Below are positions 55,001-64,000 of a stretch of 64,000 nt of DNA, one piece after another. The stretch is taken from assembly GCF_009914755.1 (NCBI RefSeq), contig NC_060931.1; one strand, written 5' to 3'. Position 1 is the first letter of the stretch. The number at the start of each line of letters is the position of its first letter. The position numbers were made by a program, and so were the translations under genes. The DNA comes from the human T2T-CHM13v2.0 reference genome, Homo sapiens. The notes below the pieces were generated by a model that worked only from the letters and a program-made list of their open reading frames with translations, was not told where the DNA came from and did not search any database.

Positions 55001-58000
55001 TTAGAGAGAGCAGATTTGAAACACTCTTGCTGTGGCATTTTCAGGTGGAGATTTCAAGCGATTTGAGGACAATTGCAGAAAAGGAAATATCTTCGTATAA
55101 TAACCAGACAGAATCATTCTCAGAAAGTGCTTTGTGATGTGTGCGTTCAACTCACAGAGTTTAACCTTTCTTTTCATAGAGGAGTTTGGAAACACACTGT
55201 TTGTAAAGTCTGCAAGTGGATATATGGACCTGTTTGAGGCCTTCGTTGGAAACGGGATTTCTTCATTGAATGCTAGACGGAAGAATTCTCAGTAAATTCT
55301 TTGTGTTGTGTGCATTCAACTCACAGAGTGGAACGTCCCTTTAGACAGAGCAGATTTGAAACACTCTTTTTGCGGAATTTGCAAGTGGAGATTTCTAGCC
55401 ATTTGATGCCAACAGTAGAAAGGGAAATATCTTCAAATAAAAACCAGACAGAATCATTCTCAGAAAATTCTTTGTGATGTGTGCGTTCAACTCACATAGT
55501 TTAACCTTTCTTTTCATAGAGCAGTTTGGAAACACTCTGTTTGTAAAGTCTGCAAGTGGATATATGGACCGCATTGAGGCCTTCGTTGGAAACGGGATTT
55601 CTTCATTTCATGCTAGACAGAAGAATTCTCAGTAACTTCTTTGTGCTGTGTGTATTCAACTCACAGAGTGGAACGTCCCTTTGCACAGAGCAGATTTGAA
55701 ACACTCTTTTTGTGGAGTTTGCAAGTGGAGATTTCAAGCGATTTGATGCCAACAGTAGAAAAGGAAATATCTTCAAATAAAAACTAGACAGAATCATTCT
55801 CAGAAACTACTTTGTGATGTGTGCCTTCAACTCACAGAGTTTAACCTTTCTTTTCTTAGAGCAGTTTAGAAACACTCTGCTTGTTATGTCTGCAAGTGGA
55901 TATTTGGACCTCTTTGAGGCCTTCGTTGCAAACGGGGTTTCTTCCTTTCATGCTAGACTAAGAAGAGTTCTCAGTAACTTTTTTGTGTTGTGTGTATTCA
56001 ACTCACAGAGTTGAACCTTGCTTTAGAGAGAGCAGATTTGAAACACTCTTGCTGTGGCATTTTCAGGTGGAGATTTCAAGCGATTTGAGGACAATTGCAG
56101 AAAAGGAAATATCTTCGTATAATAACCAGACAGAATCATTCTCAGAAAGTGCTTTGTGATGTGTGCGTTCAACTCACAGAGTTTAACCTTTCTTTTCATA
56201 GAGGAGTTTGGAAACACACTGTTTGTAAAGTCTGCAAGTGGATATATGGACCTGTTTGAGGCCTTCGTTGGAAACGGGATTTCTTCATTGAATGCTAGAC
56301 GGAAGAATTCTCAGTAAATTCTTTGTGTTGTGTGCATTCAACTCACAGAGTGGAACGTCCCTTTAGACAGAGCAGATTTGGAACACTCTTTTTGCGGAAT
56401 TTGCAAGTGGAGATTTCTAGCCATTTGATGCCAACAGTAGAAAGGGAAATATCTTCAAATAAAAACCAGACAGAATCATTCTCAGAAAATTCTTTGTGAT
56501 GTGTGCGTTCAACTCACATAGTTTAACCTTTCTTTTCATAGAGCAGTTTGGAAACACTCTGTTTGTAAAGTCTGCAAGTGGATATATGGACCGCATTGAG
56601 GCCTTCGTTGGAAACGGGATTTCTTCATTTCATGCTAGACAGAAGAATTCTCAGTAACTTCTTTGTGCTGTGTGTATTCAACTCACAGAGTGGAACGTCC
56701 CTTTGCACAGAGCAGATTTGAAACACTCTTTTTGTGGAGTTTGCAAGTGGAGATTTCAAGCGATTTGATGCCAACAGTAGAAAAGGAAATATCTTCAAAT
56801 AAAAACTAGACAGAATCATTCTCAGAAACTACTTTGTGATGTGTGCCTTCAACTCACAGAGTTCAACCTTTCTTTTCTTAGAGCAGTTTAGAAACACTCT
56901 GCTTGTTATGTCTGCAAGTGGATATTTGGACCTCTTTGAGGCCTTCGTTGCAAACGGGGTTTCTTCCTTTCATGCTAGACTAAGAAGAGTTCTCAGTAAC
57001 TTTTTTGTGTTGTGTGTATTCAACTCACAGAGTTGAACCTTGCTTTAGAGAGAGCAGATTTGAAACACTCTTGCTGTGGCATTTTCAGGTGGAGATTTCA
57101 AGCGATTTGAGGACAATTGCAGAAAAGGAAATATCTTCGTATAATAACCAGACAGAATCATTCTCAGAAAGTGCTTTGTGATGTGTGCGTTCAACTCACA
57201 GAGTTTAACCTTTCTTTTCATAGAGGAGTTTGGAAACACACTGTTTGTAAAGTCTGCAAGTGGATACATGGACCTGTTTGAGGCCTTCGTTGGAAACGGG
57301 ATTTCTTCATTGAATGCTAGACGGAAGAATTCTCAGTAAATTCTTTGTGTTGTGTGCATTCAACTCACAGAGTGGAACGTCCCTTTAGACAGAGCAGATT
57401 TGAAACACTCTTTTTGCGGAATTTGCAAGTGGAGATTTCTAGCCATTTGATGCCAACAGTAGAAAGGGAAATATCTTCAAATAAAAACCAGACAGAATCA
57501 TTCTCAGCAAATTCTTTGTGATGTGTGCGTTCAACTCACATAGTTTAACCTTTCTTTTCATAGAGCAGTTTGGAAACACTCTGTTTGTAAAGTCTGCAAG
57601 TGGATATATGGACCGCATTGAGGCCTTCGTTGGAAACGGGATTTCTTCATTTCATGCTAGACAGAAGAATTCTCAGTAACTTCTTTGTGCTGTGTGTATT
57701 CAACTCACAGAGTGGAACGTCCCTTTGCACAGAGCAGATTTGAAACACTCTTTTTGTGGAGTTTGCAAGTGGAGATTTCAAGCGATTTGATGCCAACAGT
57801 AGAAAAGGAAATATCTTCAAATAAAAACTAGACAGAATCATTCTCAGAAACTACTTTGTGATGTGTGCCTTCAACTCACAGAGTTTAACCTTTCTTTTCT
57901 TAGAGCAGTTTAGAAACACTCTCCTTGTTATGTCTGCAAGTGGATATTTGGACCTCTTTGAGGCCTTCGTTGCAAACGGGTTTTCTTCCTTTCATGCTAG

Positions 58001-60750
58001 ACTAAGAAGAGTTCTCAGTAACTTTTTTGTGTTGTGTGTATTCAACTCACAGAGTTGAACCTTGCTTTAGAGAGAGCAGATTTGAAACACTCTTGCTGTG
58101 GCATTTTCAGCTGGAGATTTCAAGCGATTTGAGGACAATTGCAGAAAAGGAAATATCTTCGTATAATAACCAGACAGAATCATTCTCAGAAAGTGCTTTG
58201 TGATGTGTGCGTTCAACTCACAGAGTTTAACCTTTCTTTTCATAGAGGAGTTTGGAAACACACTGTTTGTAAAGTCTGCAAGTGGATACATGGACCTGTT
58301 TGAGGCCTTCGTTGGAAACGGGATTTCTTCATTGAATGCTAGACGGAAGAATTCTCAGTAAATTCTTTGTGTTGTGTGCATTCAACTCACAGAGTGGAAC
58401 GTCCCTTTAGACAGAGCAGATTTGAAACACTCTTTTTGCGGAATTTGCAAGTGGAGATTTCTAGCCATTTGATGCCAACAGTAGAAAGGGAAATATCTTC
58501 AAATAAAAACCAGACAGAATCATTCTCAGAAAATTCTTTGTGATGTGTGCGTTCAACTCACATAGTTTAACCTTTCTTTTCATAGAGCAGTTTGGAAACA
58601 CTCTGTTTGTAAAGTCTGCAAGTGGATATATGGACCGCATTGAGGCCTTCGTTGGAAACGGGATTTCTTCATTTCATGCTAGACAGAAGAATTCTCAGTA
58701 ACTTCTTTGTGCTGTGTGTATTCAACTCACAGAGTGGAACGTCCCTTTGCACAGAGCAGATTTGAAACACTCTTTTTGTGGAGTTTGCAAGTGGAGATTT
58801 CAAGCGATTTGATGCCAACAGTAGAAAAGGAAATATCTTCAAATAGAAACTAGACAGAATCATTCTCAGAAACTACTTTGTGATGTGTGCCTTCAACTCA
58901 CAGAGTTTAACCTTTCTTTTCTTAGAGCAGTTTAGAAACACTCTGCTTGTTATGTCTGCAAGTGGATATTTGGACCTCTTTGAGGCCTTCGTTGCAAACG
59001 GGGTTTCTTCCTTTCATGCTAGACTAAGAAGAGTTCTCAGTAACTTTTTTGTGTTGTGTGTATTCAACTCACAGAGTTGAACCTTGCTTTAGAGAGAGCA
59101 GATTTGAAACACTCTTGCTGTGGCATTTTCAGGTGGAGATTTCAAGCGATTTGAGGACAATTGCAGAAAAGGAAATATCTTCGTATAATAACCAGACAGA
59201 ATCATTCTCAGAAAGTGCTTTGTGATGTGTGCGTTCAACTCACAGAGTTTAACCTTTCTTTTCATAGAGGAGTTTGGAAACACACTGTTTGTAAAGTCTG
59301 CAAGTGGATATATGGACCTGTTTGAGGCCTTCGTTGGAAACGGGATTTCTTCATTGAATGCTAGACGGAAGAATTCTCAGTAAATTCTTTGTGTTGTGTG
59401 CATTCAACTCACAGAGTGGAACGTCCCTTTAGACACAGCAGATTTGAAACACTCTTTTTGCGGAATTTGCAAGTGGAGATTTCTAGCCATTTGATGCCAA
59501 CAGTAGAAAGGGAAATATCTTCAAATAAAAACCAGACAGAATCATTCTCAGCAAATTCTTTGTGATGTGTGCGTTCAACTCACATAGTTTAACCTTTCTT
59601 TTCATAGAGCAGTTTGGAAACACTCTGTTTGTAAAGTCTGCAAGTGGATATATGGACCGCATTGACGCCTTCGTTGGAAACGGGATTTCTTCATTTCATG
59701 CTAGACAGAAGAATTCTCAGTAACTTCTTTGTGCTGTGTGTATTCAACTCACAGAGTGGAACGTCCCTTTGCACAGAGCAGATTTGAAACACTCTTTTTG
59801 TGGAGTTTGCAAGTGGAGATTTCAAGCGATTTGATGCCAACAGTAGAAAAGGAAATATCTTCAAATAAAAACTAGACAGAATCATTCTCAGAAACTACTT
59901 TGTGATGTGTGCCTTCAACTCACAGAGTTCAACCTTTCTTTTCTTAGAGCAGTTTAGAAACACTCTGCTTGTTATGTCTGCAAGTGGATATTTGGACCTC
60001 TTTGAGGCCTTCGTTGCAAACGGGGTTTCTTCCTTTCATGCTAGACTAAGAAGAGTTCTCAGTAACTTTTTTGTGTTGTGTGTATTCAACTCACAGAGTT
60101 GAACCTTGCTTTAGAGAGAGCAGATTTGAAACACTCTTGCTGTGGCATTTTCAGGTGGAGATTTCAAGCGATTTGAGGACAATTGCAGAAAAGGAAATAT
60201 CTTCGTATAATAACCAGACAGAATCATTCTCAGAAAGTGCTTTGTGATGTGTGCGTTCAACTCACAGAGTTTAACCTTTCTTTTCATAGAGGAGTTTGGA
60301 AACACACTGTTTGTAAAGTCTGCAAGTGGATACATGGACCTGTTTGAGGCCTTCGTTGGAAACGGGATTTCTTCATTGAATGCTAGACGGAAGAATTCTC
60401 AGTAAATTCTTTGTGTTGTGTGCATTCAACTCACAGAGTGGAACGTCCCTTTAGACAGAGCAGATTTGAAACACTCTTTTTGCGGAATTTGCAAGTGGAG
60501 ATTTCTAGCCATTTGATGCCAACAGTAGAAAGGGAAATATCTTCAAATAAAAACCAGACAGAATCATTCTCAGAAAATTCTTTGTGATGTGTGCGTTCAA
60601 CTCACATAGTTTAACCTTTCTTTTCATAGAGCAGTTTGGAAACACTCTGTTTGTAAAGTCTGCAAGTGGATATATGGACCGCATTGAGGCCTTCGTTGGA
60701 AACGGGATTTCTTCATTTCATGCTAGACAGAAGAATTCTCAGTAACTTCT
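46030..60750 (+). repeat. Tandem duplication with a 7154-bp unit (7 HORs), overlapping the 10.9 kb duplication
   Basis: Marker pairs at offset 7154: 46449/53603, 47471/54625, 49227/56381, 50354/57508, 50827/57981, 50957/58111, 51692/58846, 52398/59552. Confidence 0.88.
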
Positions 60751-63700
60751 TTGTGCTGTGTGTATTCAACTCACAGAGTGGAACGTCCCTTTGCACAGAG
60801 CAGATTTGAAACACTCTTTTTGTGGAGTTTGCAAGTGGAGATTTCAAGCGATTTGATGCCAACAGTAGAAAAGGAAATATCTTCAAATAAAAACTAGACA
60901 GAATCATTCTCAGAAACTACTTTGTGATGTGTGCCTTCAACTCACAGAGTTTAACCTTTCTTTTCTTAGAGCAGTTTAGAAACACTCTGCTTGTTATGTC
61001 TGCAAGTGGATATTTGGACCTCTTTGAGGCCTTCGTTGCAAACGGGGTTTCTTCCTTTCATGCTAGACTAAGAAGAGTTCTCAGTAACTTTTTTGTGTTG
61101 TGTGTATTCAACTCACAGAGTTGAACCTTGCTTTAGAGAGAGCAGATTTGAAACACTCTTGCTGTGGCATTTTCAGGTGGAGATTTCAAGCGATTTGAGG
61201 ACAATTGCAGAAAAGGAAATATCTTCGTATAATAACCAGACAGAATCATTCTCAGAAAGTGCTTTGTGATGTGTGCGTTCAACTCACAGAGTTTAACCTT
61301 TCTTTTCATAGAGGAGTTTGGAAACACACTGTTTGTAAAGTCTGCAAGTGGATACATGGACCTGTTTGAGGCCTTCGTTGGAAACGGGATTTCTTCATTG
61401 AATGCTAGACGGAAGAATTCTCAGTAAATTCTTTGTGTTGTGTGCATTCAACTCACAGAGTGGAACGTCCCTTTAGACAGAGCAGATTTGAAACACTCTT
61501 TTTGCGGAATTTGCAAGTGGAGATTTCTAGCCATTTGATGCCAACAGTAGAAAGGGAAATATCTTCAAATAAAAACCAGACAGAATCATTCTCAGAAAAT
61601 TCTTTGTGATGTGTGCGTTCAACTCACATAGTTTAACCTTTCTTTTCATAGAGCAGTTTGGAAACACTCTGTTTGTAAAGTCTGCAAGTGGATATATGGA
61701 CCGCATTGAGGCCTTCGTTGGAAACGGGATTTCTTCATTTCATGCTAGACAGAAGAATTCTCAGTAACTTCTTTGTGCTGTGTGTATTCAACTCACAGAG
61801 TGGAACGTCCCTTTGCACAGAGCAGATTTGAAACACTCTTTTTGTGGAGTTTGCAAGTGGAGATTTCAAGCGATTTGATGCCAACAGTAGAAAAGGAAAT
61901 ATCTTCAAATAAAAACTAGACAGAATCATTCTCAGAAACTACTTTGTGATGTGTGCCTTCAACTCACAGAGTTCAACCTTTCTTTTCTTAGAGCAGTTTA
62001 GAAACACTCTGCTTGTTATGTCTGCAAGTGGATATTTGGACCTCTTTGAGGCCTTCGTTGCAAACGGGGTTTCTTCCTTTCATGCTAGACTAAGAAGAGT
62101 TCTCAGTAACTTTTTTGTGTTGTGTGTATTCAACTCACAGAGTTGAACCTTGCTTTAGAGAGAGCAGATTTGAAACACTCTTGCTGTGGCATTTTCAGGT
62201 GGAGATTTCAAGCGATTTGAGGACAATTGCAGAAAAGGAAATATCTTCGTATAATAACCAGACAGAATCATTCTCAGAAAGTGCTTTGTGATGTGTGCGT
62301 TCAACTCACAGAGTTTAACCTTTCTTTTCATAGAGGAGTTTGGAAACACACTGTTTGTAAAGTCTGCAAGTGGATACATGGACCTGTTTGAGGCCTTCGT
62401 TGGAAACGGGATTTCTTCATTGAATGCTAGACGGAAGAATTCTCAGTAAATTCTTTGTGTTGTGTGCATTCAACTCACAGAGTGGAACGTCCCTTTAGAC
62501 AGAGCAGATTTGAAACACTCTTTTTGCGGAATTTGCAAGTGGAGATTTCTAGCCATTTGATGCCAACAGTAGAAAGGGAAATATCTTCAAATAAAAACCA
62601 GACAGAATCATTCTCAGAAAATTCTTTGTGATGTGTGCGTTCAACTCACATAGTTTAACCTTTCTTTTCATAGAGCAGTTTGGAAACACTCTGTTTGTAA
62701 AGTCTGCAAGTGGATATATGGACCGCATTGAGGCCTTCGTTGGAAACGGGATTTCTTCATTTCATGCTAGACAGAAGAATTCTCAGTAACTTCTTTGTGC
62801 CGTGTGTATTCAACTCACAGAGTGGAACGTCCCTTTGCACAGAGCAGATTTGAAACACTCTTTTTGTGGAGTTTGCAAGTGGAGATTTCAAGCGATTTGA
62901 TGCCAACAGTAGAAAAGGAAATATCTTCAAATAAAAACTAGACAGAATCATTCTCAGAAACTACTTTGTGATGTGTGCCTTCAACTCACAGAGTTCAACC
63001 TTTCTTTTCTTAGAGCAGTTTAGAAACACTCTGCTTGTTATGTCTGCAAGTGGATATTTGGACCTCTTTGAGGCCTTCGTTGCAAACGGGGTTTCTTCCT
63101 TTCATGCTAGACTAAGAAGAGTTCTCAGTAACTTTTTTGTGTTGTGTGTATTCAACTCACAGAGTTGAACCTTGCTTTAGAGAGAGCAGATTTGAAACAC
63201 TCTTGCTGTGGCATTTTCAGGTGGAGATTTCAAGCGATTTGAGGACAATTGCAGAAAAGGAAATATCTTCGTATAATAACCAGACAGAATCATTCTCAGA
63301 AAGTGCTTTGTGATGTGTGCGTTCAACTCACAGAGTTTAACCTTTCTTTTCATAGAGGAGTTTGGAAACACACTGTTTGTAAAGTCTGCAAGTGGATACA
63401 TGGACCTGTTTGAGGCCTTCGTTGGAAACGGGATTTCTTCATTGAATGCTAGACGGAAGAATTCTCAGTAAATTCTTTGTGTTGTGTGCATTCAACTCAC
63501 AGAGTGGAACGTCCCTTTAGACAGAGCAGATTTGAAACACTCTTTTTGCGGAATTTGCAAGTGGAGATTTCTAGCCATTTGATGCCAACAGTAGAAAGGG
63601 AAATATCTTCAAATAAAAACCAGACAGAATCATTCTCAGAAAATTCTTTGTGATGTGTGCGTTCAACTCACATAGTTTAACCTTTCTTTTCATAGAGCAG

Positions 63701-64000
63701 TTTGGAAACACTCTGTTTGTAAAGTCTGCAAGTGGATATATGGACCGCATTGAGGCCTTCGTTGGAAACGGGATTTCTTCATTTCATGCTAGACAGAAGA
63801 ATTCTCAGTAACTTCTTTGTGCCGTGTGTATTCAACTCACAGAGTGGAACGTCCCTTTGCACAGAGCAGATTTGAAACACTCTTTTTGTGGAGTTTGCAA
63901 GTGGAGATTTCAAGCGATTTGATGCCAACAGTAGAAAAGGAAATATCTTCAAATAAAAACTAGACAGAATCATTCTCAGAAACTACTTTGTGATGTGTGC

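Larger units (their letters stand above)
1..64000 (+). repeat. Alpha-satellite higher-order repeat array; 6-mer HOR of 1022 bp, suprachromosomal family 1 (dimeric); probably human chr7 D7Z1 / S1C7H1L
   Basis: Alphoid hallmark motifs (CATTCTCAGAAA, TTCAACTCACAGAG, TTTGAAACACTCTTT, TGCAAGTGGA) recur about every 170 bp. The ORF track repeats every 1022 bp (74, 1096, 2118...). CENP-B boxes occur every 340-342 bp. EcoRI sites at 94, 776 and 1116 (the third dimer has GAGTTC at 436) give 682+340 bp fragments, matching the tetramer+dimer EcoRI structure known for D7Z1. The alpha-satellite call is certain; the chromosome assignment is inferred. Confidence 0.97.

Noticed and set aside
74-63973. About 190 short ORFs (64-74 aa) repeating every HOR on both strands
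   Set aside because: They are chance open frames of satellite DNA. Many begin at non-ATG codons, they have no recognisable domains, and they vary passively with HOR SNPs.
1-64000. CRISPR-like or other repeat-spacer system
   Set aside because: There are no unique spacers and no associated genes; the entire sequence is tandem repeat.
1-64000. Transposon insertion (L1/Alu), inversion or foreign sequence hidden in the array
   Set aside because: ORF-track spacing accounts for all length (1022, 1021, 1362 and 682 bp intervals) with constant strand order. I saw no poly-A tail or non-alphoid segment.
52-64000. Apparent protection of CENP-B-box CpGs from decay
   Set aside because: I saw only about two independent CpG decay events at non-box CpGs and none in boxes, which is too few to mean anything.

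Overview
The entire 64 kb window is one uninterrupted, single-orientation array of primate (most likely human) centromeric alpha-satellite DNA. It is built from ~171-bp monomers in a dimeric (SF1-type, ~340 bp) pattern, with a CENP-B box in every second monomer, and is organised into a 6-monomer higher-order repeat (HOR) of 1022 bp. The HOR length and the 340+682 bp EcoRI pattern fit the chromosome 7 live array D7Z1 (S1C7H1L); this assignment is inferred and was not database-checked. Between positions 285 and 62968 there are 62 HOR intervals: 55 of 1022 bp, one of 1021 bp, two 8-mers (1362 bp) and four 4-mers (682 bp). I found no genes, transposon insertions, inversions or CRISPR arrays, and all listed ORFs are satellite artefacts. 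I see no new biological system. The interesting content is the array's evolutionary record in rare shared variants: an older ~9.5 kb duplication with compensating HOR gain and loss, nested 7154-bp and 10,902-bp duplications whose order can be inferred, a single-origin patchwork junction in the 4-mers, and a few CENP-B-box-disrupting variants. Variant positions were read by eye and should be confirmed by alignment.
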